From contig NC_088803.1 of NCBI RefSeq assembly GCF_011386835.1, positions 124,001 to 188,000 of the forward strand: DNA of 64,000 nucleotides. Reading direction: 5' to 3'. The number at the start of each line of letters is the position of its first letter. Within the stretch, counting starts at the first letter, position 1. The position numbers and the translations under genes are program-made. Below are positions 1 to 16,800 of the stretch, piece by piece. The stretch comes from Chrysemys picta bellii (lineage: Eukaryota). The notes beneath the pieces were generated by a model, which was not told the DNA's origin, did no database searches, and was given only the letters and a program-made list of their open reading frames with translations.

Positions 1-15
1 GGGCGGGGACCTTAC

Positions 16-270
16 CTGGGGTCTCCCCTGCGGCTGCCTCGGCCTCACCCTTCGCGGCGCTGCCCCCCCCCTCCCCGGGAGAGAGAACAAGGCAGCTGAG
101 CATGGGCGGCGCAACCTAACCCGCAGCCCCTCCAAGCCCCGCCCACCTCGCCCGGCCGCGGCGACGGGCCCGGCGACCTAGGAGGCGGGGCCAGCCAGCA
201 GGTTAGGCTGAGAGCCTACCAGGAAGTCTCCGCAGAGAGGAGGAGGAGGAGGGGGGGCCTCGCCCGGGCG
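16..270 (-). promoter_or_regulatory. CpG-island promoter and probable non-coding first exon of the next gene (CHD8 by synteny)
   Basis: CpG/GC-rich stretch at 1-270 with GC boxes. CTTACCT at 11-17 is a minus-strand AG|GTAAG donor with the exon ending at 16. In mammals CHD8 starts just beyond the RAB2B 3' end on the same strand. No coding sequence is visible. Confidence 0.45.
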
Positions 271-492
271 GGACTGTCCTGAGTGGTGCCTGAATTAAAA
301 TAATAATAATTTAATAAACCCCAATGTTTGTGGATTTATTCCCTCCCCCACCTCGTTTGGCAACCTGTCGTGGGTAATTTTTCCCCACCCCTTTCACAGT
401 CAGGCAGTGGGTCGGACAGCTATGTGGTATAGCCATCTTGGTTTGGTCTGGATGCTGATTTCAGAGTAGCAGCTGTGTTAGTCTGTATCTGC

Positions 493-667
493 AAAAAGAA
501 CAGGAGTACTTGTGGCACCTTAGAGACTAACCAATTTATTAGAGCATAAGCTTTCGTGGACTACAGCCCACTCTATATGCATCCGAAGAAGTGGCTGTAG
601 TCCACGAAAGCTTATGCTCTAATAAATTGGTTAGTCTCTAAGGTGCCACAAGTACTCCTGTTCTTTT
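493..667. mobile_element. Palindromic Penelope-type terminal remnant (inverted ~78-bp arms) with hammerhead-like core
   Basis: 493-572 is the near-perfect reverse complement of 590-667. The right side contains CCGAAGA-agtggctgtagtccac-GAAA (583-609), resembling the minimal hammerhead ribozymes of Penelope elements. Confidence 0.7.
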
Positions 668-1012
668 TTCTGGATGCTGAGTGTATTTTGGGGGGGGTAA
701 CCCCCTATTTAAGACAGTGGTGACCCCACACTCGCAGTGCCCCCCCCTACCCTCCAATGCCCAGCTGGGGAACAGGCTGCCTGCCCCAGGTGTCCAAAAA
801 CCATGAGTCAGCTCCCCCCCAAATCATGGGACAGGCCTAAAATCATGGATCAGGTTAGAAATCCTGGGATTGGATTTAAAAATCATGGGATTAGGTATAG
901 AAATGATGGGATATGGATTAGAAATCATGGGATTGGGTTCAATAGTATTGAGATTTTATTTAAATTAACAGCATTGTGTTTAAAAATCATGGGTTTTTTT
1001 TGTAAACAAGGA

Positions 1013-1148
1013 TAGGGTGATCAGACAGCAAGTGTGAAAAATTGGGACAGTGTGTGTGTGTGGGGGGGGGGGGTAATAGGAGCCTATATAAGAAAAAGCC
1101 CCAAATTTCAGGAATATCCCTATAAAATCAGGACATCTGGTTACCCTA
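1013..1148. mobile_element. hAT-type MITE
   Basis: TIRs TAGGGTGATCAGA / TCTGGTTACCCTA, flanked by a 7/8-identical 8-bp TSD (AACAAGGA at 1005-1012, AACAAAGA at 1149-1156). Confidence 0.7.
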
Positions 1149-2744
1149 AACAAAGATAACATTTACAATTCTTTTTAATTAATTTTTTTTTAGACTTTAG
1201 AGGTGGTCACTTTTCCAACTTTTCTCATCCAACAGCAGCATCCAACAGTTTACTCTGTAAACTCCCTTTACAAAGTAAGAAAGCTGGGAGTCTCACATAA
1301 TCAATTATAATAATCTCTAGCTTTTATCCAGTGCTTTTCATCTCTGTTGATCCCAATGTGCTTTAAAAACAAGGTCAGTATAACTATCTGCATTTTAGAG
1401 ATGGGGAACCTGAGGCACAGCATGAAGTGATTGCTCAAGGTCTCTCAGCAAGCCAGAAGCAGAGCCAGGAATAATCACCTAACACTAGGAGCTGGGGCTT
1501 TAAGAGAAACATCCAATGTCCAAGACTTGCAATAAAATGATTAAATCCGGCAACACTGAAATGCTAAAAAACATTAACCACCACCCGCACCAAAAAAAAA
1601 AAAAGATTTTGTATCCTTCTGTGATTGGAGTTAAAAGTGGGGTGGAGGAGTCACCTCAAGGGCAGAACTTTTTGTTAATGAGTAGCTAATTCAAAAGGCT
1701 CTAAAATCTGCAGGCATACTCAGACTATCTTGAAAATTACTCTGTTTCGTTAAGCCTGGGGGAAGAATTAGTGGTCCATGTTTAGCATCATATGGCCAAC
1801 GGTTCACAAGACTGCCCCGCACAAAATTAGCTTCTTTTAATCTTCAAAATGCACTGAAATCCACATACACAGTGAGATCCTCTTGATTCCTGGTAGACCA
1901 CCGACAGGAGCTGGAGTAGGAGTTGTGCTGCGAATTTGGAGTAATTTGGTCAAGGAGTTCTAGAGACAGAACCCCCCCCAATCCATGCATGTTGGTAATC
2001 TGCCTTAAAAGTAGTGCACCCCAGGATATGGGGGAGGTGAACACCCCACTGAGATGAATGGGGCAGCTCACATTCCCTGGTATGGTGTCAAGATAAATCT
2101 GTCAGCCAAAAGCACCACACTGAGATGAATGGGGCAGCTCATACCTCTATGATCCTCACCTACTGAAGAGACCCTTTGCCCTCTAGCCCTGTGGGTGGGA
2201 TGGAGAGGTCAGGAGGGAGACAGAGCTGGTAGCTGAGTGGGAGGTGCAGTTCCCCCTCCACCATGTAACCCTATTTCTGTGTAGTACCACAGAAGAGATT
2301 TACTTTAGCCCTCTAATTCCCATTTTTCAAAGGAATAAAGTAGTGTCAATCCTGGTTTTAAGAATCTTAAAGGCTGTTCTACACATGGAGTTGCTCTTGA
2401 TTAACTCCTGCAAGCATGCTTAGGCTTGTCTACAACAAGATATTAATCTGGATTAAAGCAGGGTGTGAATTTAAAGTAGAACAGCTATTTTGAAAAACTC
2501 CATGTGTGGATGCTCTTATTCTGTAATTCACATCTTTAATGCAGACTAATTTTTCTGAGTGCCCCCATGTAAACAAGACTTGCTTGTAGAATAAGAGCAT
2601 CCAACGCAGGAAGTTATTCTAAACTATTCCGCTTTAAATTCATGCCCTGCTATAAACTGGATTAACATCCCCATGTAGAAACCCCTAAAAATGCCCACTT
2701 CTGGAGTTATAGTCAGGAAAACTACACGTGTACATAAACCCTCA

Positions 2745-3111
2745 GGCTCTGTCTACACTGCAGCCTCCTGCTGACACAGTTTTATGGGTCAGGGTTGTGA
2801 TGCAGTGTGATCCCTGATTCACAAAGGTGTGCTAGCAAAGCTTAGTGCAGAGACAGCTATACCAGCAATACTCCTCTTCTACTGGTATAGCTCTTTCGTT
2901 CGGGGGAGACCTGGTCTACATTTACCATTGATATTGGCAGAGCTGTTTCACCAGGTGTGGTTTTGTTACCCACATACCTATGCTGTTCTACACTTGAGAG
3001 CAGATGGATTTATACTGGCATGTGAACACTTTTGTCTCCACTAGGAGGATTTGCCTGTGTAGCTAGACTGGTCCAGCTATGCCAGAAAAGCTTTTCTAGT
3101 GTATACAAGGC
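2745..3111. mobile_element. Degenerate non-autonomous DNA transposon (TGTCTACACT-type termini, PIF/Harbinger-like)
   Basis: GGCTCTGTCTACACT at 2745 and AGTGTATACAAGGC ending at 3111 form imperfect TIRs. Similar termini recur around 11.7-12.7 kb. Confidence 0.35.
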
Positions 3112-6100
3112 ATCAGTTGGAAGTGCCAATAAAAGCACAATCTTTTCTTGCTGATATAAACTGTGCTCACACTAGGAGGGTTTGCTGGTCTAGCTATTAT
3201 AGGTACCCTGGCAAAGCATGTACGGTGATAAACAGAAGCCAGGCACTGTTCTTCATGTGGGGTTCATCTGGGTAACTCCGTGTGTAGCCAGGCCTTAAGT
3301 CTAGGCGCCTTCTGGGCTCTGGGAGACGTGAAGGAAATTCCAGGGCAGTGAACAGAGAGATGGTGGGGCTTGCTCCCCTCCAGGTCCCTGGGGATATTAC
3401 GGCTAGGAGTGGGGTGTGGCCAACAGAGCTTCTGTCAGCGAGGGGACAAACCCTGCAACAGTGTTCACCTCCCGCGGGACTCTTTGGGTCTCTGTCCCAC
3501 CTTGCCCCCTGCATTGGCACTCTCAGAGGCATTATCACAGGGTGGGAACAAAGTTATTTGCCCCTCACCCTGGAAGGTTAAAAGCCTGCTTGCCTTGCTC
3601 CATTTCTGCTCTTCATTCAGAGGTCACTGCCTGAAGTCAGCGCCACGCCCCTGGTCCCAGAGCTGCAGCGTCTGGACCAGGACCCGGTCTTCACAAAGGA
3701 AACTGAACCCCAGTGGGATTCAAATAGAACAGGCACAACTGAGGCAGGGGCAGGGTTTATTAGACATGCAGGGTCACACAGAAATCAAGAGGAGTCCTGG
3801 CAGACAGGCAGACTGAGAAGGGATGGCAGGACAGAGGCAGAGAAAAAAGCAGGTGTGTATGGAGAAACAGAGACAGACAGTCACCAGGTAGAGATATGTA
3901 ATGGCAGTGAAAGGACAGGCTGAGTAGATTAGGACAGACAGATACTGTAGGAGGAAGGACAGACAGCTGGGTGGGTGACCAGTCAAATTCATTCTCTCCA
4001 GAGAGATGCCCAGAAACATTAGCCTCTGTGACCCATGTAGTAGTCACTGCTGCGCTTCCCGGGGGCTCAGCCCAGCCAGCCTATGTGGGGCCACAACTTA
4101 CACCCAGATGGCCCAGTGCAGCTCCAAGGTGTCTGAGCAATGCAGGGAGAAATGCCCACAAAACCGCTCTGGTCCTTCCATACCAGAGGAGGCCATCAGG
4201 GAGCAGTAGCTCACCTAGTCTAACTTTTGTACTCAGCCCAGTGACTGGTGTCTGGCGAAAGCATCCTCCAGCTGGGATTCTCAGCCCTTCCAGCTCGATG
4301 CTGAGACTGGAAGCAGCTCAACACATTTTCCTCCAAAAAAGCTTTTTAATACCAAAGCCACTTCCCACAGAAAAAGATTTATTATTTTTTAAACAAAGTC
4401 AAAATTTGTATTCTACAAACAGTGGAGGAATTCCTCCTCTCCTCCAGTAGCCCCCCCCCCTTCTCTGCCCCAGGAAAAAAGGGAGGGGATGTAAAAGTTA
4501 GGGACAGGAGGAATTCCCCCGGCTCCTGCTATTCCCCCCAGAAATAGGGAAAAAAAACCAACCAAACAGCAAATCAAAATGTTTGAATGAAATTAAAATT
4601 GCTCATTTTTTTTTTTTAAATTAAAAAAGGGGCTGGACTCCCTCAGGTCAGTCCTGTCCGAGGAGATGCGCTAAGACCTTGTCTTCCCTTAATAGACATG
4701 TCAGCCGGAGGTGTGAACAAAACACACAACCTAGCAACACAGCTATGCCAACAAAGCCCCAGCTGTGCGGGCAGAAGAGGGCTTGTCAGCACAACTCATG
4801 TTGTTTGGTGAGGTCACATTCCTCCACTGGCAGAAAAACTTCTGGAGATGCAGCGCATGCTGGCATAGCCTGCATAGCGTAGACACAGCTCGAGACAGAC
4901 CGTGCAAGTCCCTAGGCTTGCAAGCTGGGGCTGTCCCTAACAAAGCCAACATGCTGCTTGAAACTGTCTCCTGCACTTGAGAGATGGGTCTAAAGTTTGT
5001 TTTGCAAAAAGCTTCAACAGAAAATGAACAATTTTTGTTTCTTCAACATTAGGTTTTGGACAAAAATGTTTTGCTGAAAAATAGGATTCCAGCTCTATAT
5101 ATACATAGATTCCCCCTTCCCATAAACATTTAACAATTTATAATCTTTTGAAGGGGAAAATATTGTGGGGAAATGTCAACTTTCTCACAAATTTTTATTT
5201 TCCTGCTTTTTCTATGGGGGGGAAAAAGGAGTTTAAAGGGTTTTTAAAGTTGGAGAATGTGGGGGGAAGAGCCCCTCTGTTTCTCATGTGTTTACATTTT
5301 CCCAGTGAGAAAAGTGAAAAAAATGTTTTAACAAAAAAGTGATCATTGTCGTCGTCCCCCCCCCGGTGAGGTAAAAAAGGAAAGAAAGGGAATTAAAAAA
5401 ACAACAACAAAAAAACGAGAGAAGGAAAAACCCAGGAGATCCTTTTTTTAAAATTAAGCAAATATTTGTTTACATACACTTTGAAACAAAACTTGTTTCG
5501 AATTTCGTAACAAAAAATTTAAAAAGTTTAATATGTTGAAGAAACAAAAAATTGTTCATCCAAGCCAGAACAAACCACATCACTGTCTCCCATTTGGGTT
5601 TAGAAGTGGCCTATTTCAGTTTAGTTTACAATTGGGAACCGGTATCGTAGGGTCCAATGGGGTTCAGCGCCAAGTTCAAACCAATCAGCGTGTAACTGGT
5701 GCAATGTTCCCATGCAGGTAAAGGCTAAAAGACCTTCCAGACTCTGCAGGTGGGTGAAGGGAGATGAGGTAACCCATCCTAACCTGCCTAGCAGGATGTA
5801 TGCAGTGCTTAACCACCGGCCATCACAGCCCTCCAGCTGCCTGCATCAGGGCACGAGGGGTTCGGAGGAGGTGAAGGGTTATCTTTAGGGAGCTTTCCCC
5901 AGAGCTGAGGGGCAGTAATGGAGGCTAGGCACACGGGTGTCCGTTTCCTCTGGGAGCCACGCTGACCTGAGCTGAGAGACATGGGGAGTTGGGTGTCTTT
6001 GCAAACCCCAGGCCTGACTGTTAAACGCTCTCCCAGCAACACCAGTTACTGTAGACTGTCTATCCATCACCAGTGTCTGTACCTCTGTGTTGTCAGCGTG

Positions 6101-6920
6101 GGGCCCAGATGTTCAGAGCTTCCCAAGGGAACTGGGTGCCCAGTGAATGGGGAACTCAGTGCCTGAAGCCCCCAGAAAGCTTAGAAAAACTCAGCCCTGC
6201 CAAGCCAACAAGAGAATAAATCTCCCATCAGTAGTGCAGCCTAGGAGGTTACAGCACGGGGTGCTGGGAGCCAGGACTCCTGGGTTCTTTCTCCAGCTCT
6301 GGGAGGTGAGTGGAGTCTAATGGGTTAGGATTGGAGCCAGGACTCCTGGGTTCTCTCCCCAGCTCTGGGAGGGGAAGGACTACGCTATGGTGCCCCACCT
6401 CATAAGCAGAGATGCAGCGAGTGTGGGTTACAGACATGCACATGTTTAATAAGACGAGCCACAGAGAGGGAGTACACGATAAAAGCCGATACAGGCTGAG
6501 GAGTGGGGGCTGGGCACCTGGCCAGGAACACACAAACAGGGTGGGGGGCCCCCAGTTGGGACTCACAAGCCCCAGGGAAGCGGGGGCCTCACCAGGGCCC
6601 GGGCAACAAGAGATGCAGCTGAAGCGAGAAGGCACTGATGGGGGGTGACTCCAGACCAGGCTCTGCCCCCCCCACAACTTACAAAAAGGAATGTTTGGGG
6701 GTGTGGAACCATGGGCAGGGTCGTTAACCACCCCCCAGGTGTGCGTCAGGGGACACCTTTTTCCCTCCATGGGGTCGGGACAGGAGTCATGAGCCCCTCC
6801 CACCTCCACGGCTCAGCCAGGGAGCCACCTTCCCCACCCGGGACTGGGGCGGGCTGGTCTCAGCCCCAGGGGAGCAGAGGGTGACCCCCCACTCCAGGGG
6901 CACTGGCATCAACGCGGGGC

Positions 6921-10292
<3,372 letters not shown>

Positions 10293-10855
10293 GATGCCCC
10301 AACCAGGTCCGCCAAGGGCCTCTCTATCCCTGTCCAGGCTCCGACTCTACTGCTCTACATCGGGTGCCGCTCTATCTCCGCCCTGAACCGTCCCCGTCTC
10401 CACTGCACTACTTCCGGCGAGTGGCGCCGCTCTACCCCCAGCACGGAGCCTACTCTATGCTCTACTGCCGGTACGCTCTAGCTTCCTGCCGGTGCCGACT
10501 TTATTATCCACTTCCGGAGCCGTTCTAGCCCTAGCATAGGGTCATCTCTACTGCTCTACTTCCGGCGCCGCAATATCCCTCACCCAGTACCATTTCTACT
10601 TCCGGCGCCATTCTATCTCTGGGGGAGCTCAACTCGGTTGCTCTCCAGCCGGGAGCCGCTCTGGCCGTCCCGTTGTGCCCCACTCCCAGCTCTACTGGGG
10701 GGGCTTGGGGTTTGTACCGGAAGTGACGCCAAACAGCGGCGGCGGAGGGAGAACAGTGCTGCTGGGGGAGCACGGGAGGGCGGCGATTTCCGGTTCCTGG
10801 AGAGGGCTCGGGGGGGTCGCTTACAGACTCGCAGGCCGTGGCGGCTGCTGGGACC
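10293..10855. promoter_or_regulatory. Bidirectional CpG-island promoter RAB2B/TOX4 with five ETS (GABP-type) motifs
   Basis: The two ATGs are 563 bp apart head-to-head. ACTTCCGG at 10410, 10510, 10558 and 10598; CCGGAAGTGACG (ETS-CRE composite) at 10717-10728. Confidence 0.85.
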
Positions 10856-13800
10856 ATGGAGGTGAGGGGGGTGGTTGTGGGGGGGCTGGGGAGTGGTTGG
10901 GGGGCTGGTTGTAGGGAGGTGGGGGGGCTGGTTGTAGGGAGGTGGGGGGGCTGGGGAGCGGGGTGGTTGCCGGGGGGTGGTTGTCGTGGGGGACCTGGGG
11001 AGTGGTTGCAGGAGGTGGTTGTGGGCTGGGGAGTGGTTGTGGGGGCTGGGGAGCGGGGTGGTTGTGGGGGCTGGGGAGTGGTTGGGGGGCTGGTTGCAGG
11101 GGGCTGGGGAGGTGGGAAGGGGGGTGGTTGGGGGGCTGGTTGCAGGGGGCTGGGGAGGTGGGAAGGGGGGTGGTTGTGTGGGGGGGCTGGGGTGGTGGTG
11201 GGGGCCTGGGGAGTGGTTGGGGGGCTGGTTGCAGGGGGCTGGGGAGGTGGGAAGGGGGGTGGTTGTGGGGGGGGGCTGGGGTGGTTGGGGGGGCCTGGGG
11301 AGTGGTTGGGGGGCTGGTTGCAGGGGGCTGGGGAGCGGGGTGGTTGCGGGGGACCTGGGGAGTGGTTGCAGGAGGTGGTTGTGGGGGGGGGGCTGGGGAG
11401 TGGTTGGGGGGGCTGGTTGCAGGGGCCTGGGGAGGTGGGGGGGCGGCTGGGGAGCGGGGTGGTTGTGGGGGTGGTTGGGATGTGCTGAAGTGACACACAT
11501 GTGCCCCCTCCCCCCAGAATAATGGAGCTGGGAGCCCCTGGGGTTGGTGATGCTGACACAGAAGCGCATTTGCTGGAGCAGCTTGTTTGGCTCTGGGACC
11601 TGGCCTGAGCAGTGTCCTGTTTAAATGCTATTTCTCTTGGGCTGGCATCAGGCGCATCTCTGCTAGGGCAGCATGGGCAGCAGAGCTGCGCTGGTGTCCA
11701 GCTCTGCCAGCGAACCCGTGCTAGTGTAGACGAAGCCTTACGCCAAAGTAATGAAGGGACTGGATTGTGACCAACACCTGCCTTTTGCTGGTGTGAAACT
11801 GGTTCAGGCAGTTTGACTCACACCTGTAAACTGAGCATCCACTCGCCCACCTGAGCATCCGCTTGCAAACTCTCATCAGTTCGATTGCACCTGTGTAAAA
11901 TCCCATCCTCAGAGAGATCCTCGTGCCTCTGCCTGTGGGTCAGGCTGAAATTCCAGATCCCTAGGCCACCTTAGAGGGACAAAAAGGCTGTGAGCCAGGT
12001 CTTGTCTACCTTTAAACATGGCCATGCCAGCAGTGTTAAGGCAGCAAACCCCCCACCCAGTGTAGAGACAGCTCTGCTGGTATAAAAGGGTTTGTGCCGG
12101 GGAAGCGAAAGAAGCTCTCCTAGCATATCTTTTATACCACTTTTACTGTGGCTCCCGTGGGTTTTTTCTGCCATAAATGTCACACCCGTCACAGTCATAG
12201 CTCTGCCACTAAACCTTCTAGACCAGGGCTTTGCTTGAGCCCAGCGTACGTGGGTTAGACTGCAGGCTTGTGTGCACATGGACTTGTTCAGAATAGCTCT
12301 GCTATGAAAGTGGATTCAGTGATACAGGAACAAGCTAAAGTACTTCTATTGTCTTTCTGTCTCCAGAGTATCTGAGTGCCTGACAATCTTGAATGTATTT
12401 CTTCTCCCAGTGCTCCTGAGGGGCAGCGCAGTGCTAGTATGCCCTCTGTATGGGTGGGGAACTAAGGCAGAGAGGCTAAGTCCTCTGCATGGGACAGTCA
12501 GGAAAATTAATGTGAATTCATTTGAAGTGAATTAGTTAAACCACATTTAACCTAACTCACTTTGAAGTTAAAGTTAATTATGGCCACTTGAATGCTGAAT
12601 AATACTATCCACACAGGAGTTGTGTGCAGTTTAGCAAATCCACTTTAAATTCACACTTGTAGTTAAATTGGATTAACTTTTCTGAGTGTCCCATGTAGAC
12701 AAGCCCTTAGTGACTTGCCTCAGCTTCCACGGGGAGTTTCTGACAAAGCAGGGAATTAATACATGTGGAGAGCTGTTGTTGTAGTTTAAATTCTCCCTGC
12801 CTGAATCTGGATTAATTTTCAAACCTAGACAAATGCTAAAACCTTTGAAGGCACTATTTAGAGAATTCCTCCCAGTTCCCGCTGGCCAGAGCTCAACCAA
12901 TGCCCGGCTTCCTAAAGCACCTTCCAGGAAGGTCTCCGGGCTGTCCCTGAAGCCCTCATGAGACGGAGATTCCACCATTTCCCTCAGGAGTTTGTCCTAG
13001 CGGTTAATTCCCCTCGTTGTTTAAAAAAAAACAAAAACAAAAACCAACAACACACCCAACAACAATGGTGCCTGATTTCCAACCAGAATGTGGCTGGCCC
13101 AGCTTCCAGTCCCAGGTTCTGGTGTGTGCAGGTGAGGCTGGCATGGTTGCCTGTGTCTGATTGGAAAGCCCCATTAACACCACCAGGGCTCCTTTGTTTC
13201 CCCCTCTCTGCTGCCTGGACCAGGTGCCAGTCACCCCATGTACAGGGCTGAATGCCTGTGGGCTGGGGTTTGCACAGAAACCAAGGAAACAGGCTGGTCT
13301 GCCCCCCTCCCCCCACCAGCCCACATCTCTTCTCTCCCCCATAGTTCCCTGGAGGAAACGACAATTACCTGGCCATCACGGGGACGGCCCATCCCTTCCT
13401 GTCGGGGGCGGAGGTGAGATGGCATTGCGGCTGGGGGTGGAAAATGGGAGATGGATTTGGGGTGGGAGCGGAGCAGAGCAGGGTCTGCGGGAGGAGGCCC
13501 ATGGATGGAGGCTGGAGCTGGCCCCTGGGGAGACCAGGGCTCACCTGGGAATGAGCGACTAGCAGAGGCAGAGAGAGGAAACCAAGAGGGTCACTGTGAG
13601 AGGGAGCTGTGAAGGAAACATTGCTGCCCCAGTGGGGACTTCCTGGGGTGAAGCAGGGGGGCTGGAGCCCAGACTCGGTCTTGGAGCCATGTGGCCGACT
13701 CTGAAGGAAGAGTGGGACCCCCTGGGGGTCTGGTTCACTGAAGGGGTTCCTCCGAGGGACGGTTTAAAAGATGGGGCATGGCACAGAACCTCTGGATCAC

Positions 13801-16800
13801 TATGGGGCACCAGGGAGATGGGGGCTGGGCCCTGTCCAGGAGAGGGGGCAGGGGGGCACCAGGGTCATGGAGCTGGGCCCTGGCCGGGGGAGGGGGCAGT
13901 GGGGGGCACCAGGGAGATGGGGGCTGGGCCCTGGCCAGGGGAGGGGGCAGGGGGACACCAGGGAGATGGGGCTGGGCCTTGGCCGGGGGAAGGGGGCACC
14001 AGGGCACCGAGTTCAAGTCTCCGACCTCTCTGCAGACGTTCCACACCCCCAGCCTGGGGGATGAGGAGTTTGAGATCCCGCCCATCTCCCTGGACGCCGA
14101 CCCCTCGCTGGCTGTCTCAGATGTGGTGGGGCACTTCGATGACCTGGGGGACCCCAGCAGCGCGCCCGACTCCGGCTTCTCCACCCAGTATGGCGTGCAG
14201 GCCCTCGACATGCCCGTGGGCATGAACCACGGCCTCATGGAGCAGGGCGGCGGGCTCCTGGCGGGGGGGCTGGCCATGGTGAGGGGCTGGGGCCAGGGCT
14301 GGGCAGGGAAGGGCGGGTTGCGTCGCAAGGCGCTGTAGTGCCTGGTTGTGGGGCTGGGAGGAGCCTGGGCCCCCTAGTGGCTGGCTGAGGATGTATGTGC
14401 CGGGAGGGCCAGGGCTGGTGCCCTCTAGCAGCAGGCTGGGGTATTGCAGGAGGCTGGTGCTGCGGGGGGGGCTCCTCTGGCGACGGACAGTGCCCCCCAG
14501 CGCCAGCCCCCCAGCTTTGTGTCTGCCTCCCCAGGACCTGGATCACTCCATGGGCACCCAGTACAGCACCAACCCGCCCGTCACGATAGACGTGCCCATG
14601 AGCCCCGGTGCACTGATGGGGCACGGCCAGCTGACCACCATCGACCAGTCCGAGCTGAGCTCCCAGCTGGGCCTGAGCCTGGGGGGCAGCTCCATCCTGC
14701 CGCCCGCTGCCCAGTCGCCCGAGGAGCGGCTCTCCACCACGCCCTCCCCCACCAGCTCCCTGCAGGAGGACGAGCCAGAGGAGTTCAGACGGGTGAGATG
14801 CTGCTGCCTCCCCCCTCCCCCCCCTGCGGGCAGCGCCAGGGCCCCTCGCTCCTGCTCGCCCCCTGCGGGCAGCGCCAAGGCCCCTCGCTCCTGCTCGCCC
14901 CCTGCGGGCACTGCCAGGGCCCCTCGCTCCCATCCCCCCATGGGCAGTGCCAGGGCCTCCTGCTCCCCCCCCCCCCCCCCCCGTGGGCAGCACCAGGACC
15001 CGTTGCGCCTGCTTCCCCCCCCCTCCCCCCCCCGCGGGCAGCGCCAGGACCCCTCGCGCCTGCTTCCCCCTCCCCCCCGCGGGCAGCGCCAGGACCCCTC
15101 GCGCCTGCTTCCCCCTCCCCCCGCGGGCAGCGCCAGGACCCCTCGCGCCCTCTCCTCCCCCCCCAGGCAGCGCCAGGGCCCCTCGCTCCGCATCTCCCTC
15201 CCCTCCCCCCCCCCCGGGGTCTTGGCTCCCCTGTGCGTGCTGCTGAAGGTGAGGTCTGTCTCCAGCAGCAGGTGCCGGCCCAGAAGGCTGCGCCAGTGGT
15301 GCTGGACGTGGGGCGGAAGCAGAAGCCCGCCAAGAAGCAGAAGAAGAAGAAGGACCCAAACGAGCCGCAGAAGCCGGTCTCGGCCTATGCCCTGTTCTTC
15401 CGTGACACGCAGGCCGCCATCAAGGGCCAGAACCCCAACGCCACCTTCGGGGAGGTCTCTAAGATCGTGGCCTCTATGTGGGACAGCTTGGGCGAGGAGC
15501 AGAAACAGGTGGGTAGGGCAGTGGGGGTCTGGGGGGAAGAGCACAGGCAGGTGAGGGCTGGGGAGGGGCAGGGCTGGGCGTGGGCGTTGCTGCTCACCCC
15601 CTGTCCTTCCTCGCCAGGTTTACAAGCGGAAGACGGAGGCGGCGAAGAAGGAGTATCTGAAGGCGCTGGCGGCCTATCGGGCTATCCAGGTGCGTCAGGC
15701 ACAGGGTAACTGCGCTCGGTGCTGTATGCATGGTCCCAGGCCGAGGGCAGCAAACAGCCGCTCTGTGCCCTGCAGTTCTGAAGGCGGGCTGGGCTCAGCA
15801 GGTACCAGCTCAGCGGAGAGACGGGGGCTGGATGAGGAGCAGGGTGGAACGAAGCAGAGATGGAGGTGGAGGGAGAGGGTCAGAAAAAATAGCTGAGGGA
15901 GTCCAGCAAAACTGTAGTTCTCGGAAGGTCCCTGCTTCAGTTGCTTCTCCCCCGCCTGGCAGGAGGCTCTGGCTCGTCCGTTCTCCCCTAGGGCTCCTCT
16001 CTGGGTTGCCGCAGGGAGGAGGGGGCTGCCCTGCATTGTTCAGGGTTCCCAGGGGGGCCTTAGTTGGTCCCCCCCTTCCCTGCTTTCTCTGCTCTTGGGC
16101 TAATCTTCCTTCTCCCTCTCTGCAGACGGTAGCCGAGACGGCGGAGCTGGACCTGAACCCAGTGCCGCCCCCAGCAGCTCCCCAGCCAGCACCAGCTCCG
16201 GCCCCCGCGGCCCCTGTGCCAGCCCCCACACCCCCTGCCCCCTCGCCGGTTCTGGAGTCCCCACCAGCCACCCCCCAGCCAGCGCCCACCGCCGGGAACC
16301 TCTGCTCGCCGCCGCCAGCCCAGCCCAGCTTCACCAAGATAATCATCCCCAAGCAGATGCTGCCCTTGTCCTCGCAGGGCGGTGTGGTCACTGTCATCCC
16401 CGTCACCTCCGTCACCTCCAGGGGGCTGCAGCTGGGCACAGGCGCCACCCAGATAGTCACCCGCTCTGTGCTGCAGGCAGCGGCCGCTGCCGCCGCCGCT
16501 GCCTCCTCCATGCAGCTGCCCCGGCTCCAGCCCCCGCCCCTGCAGCAGATGCCCCCGCCCCAGCCCCCTGCCCAGCAGGTTGCCGTCCTGCAGCCGCCGC
16601 CGCCCTTGCAGGCCATGCAGCAGCCCGCCCTGCAGCAGAAGGTGCGGCTCCACCTGCAGCAACAGCCCCCGCCCCTGCAGATCAAGATCCTGCCTCCACC
16701 AGCCCTGCAGATCCAGCCTGTCACCCTGCAGCCCGAGGAGGCCAGTCCCGAGCGGCCCAGCCCGGAGCCCCAGGGCTCCCCAGAGCCCGTGGAGATGATC

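Noticed and set aside
3971-4450. 159-aa plus-strand ORF between the CHD8-like promoter and RAB2B
   Set aside because: No recognisable homology, no convincing start or flanking exon partners.
11518-11547. Possible cassette exon in TOX4 intron 1 (cag|AATAATGG...TTG|gtgatg)
   Set aside because: Weak donor and no homology support; cannot be established without RNA data.
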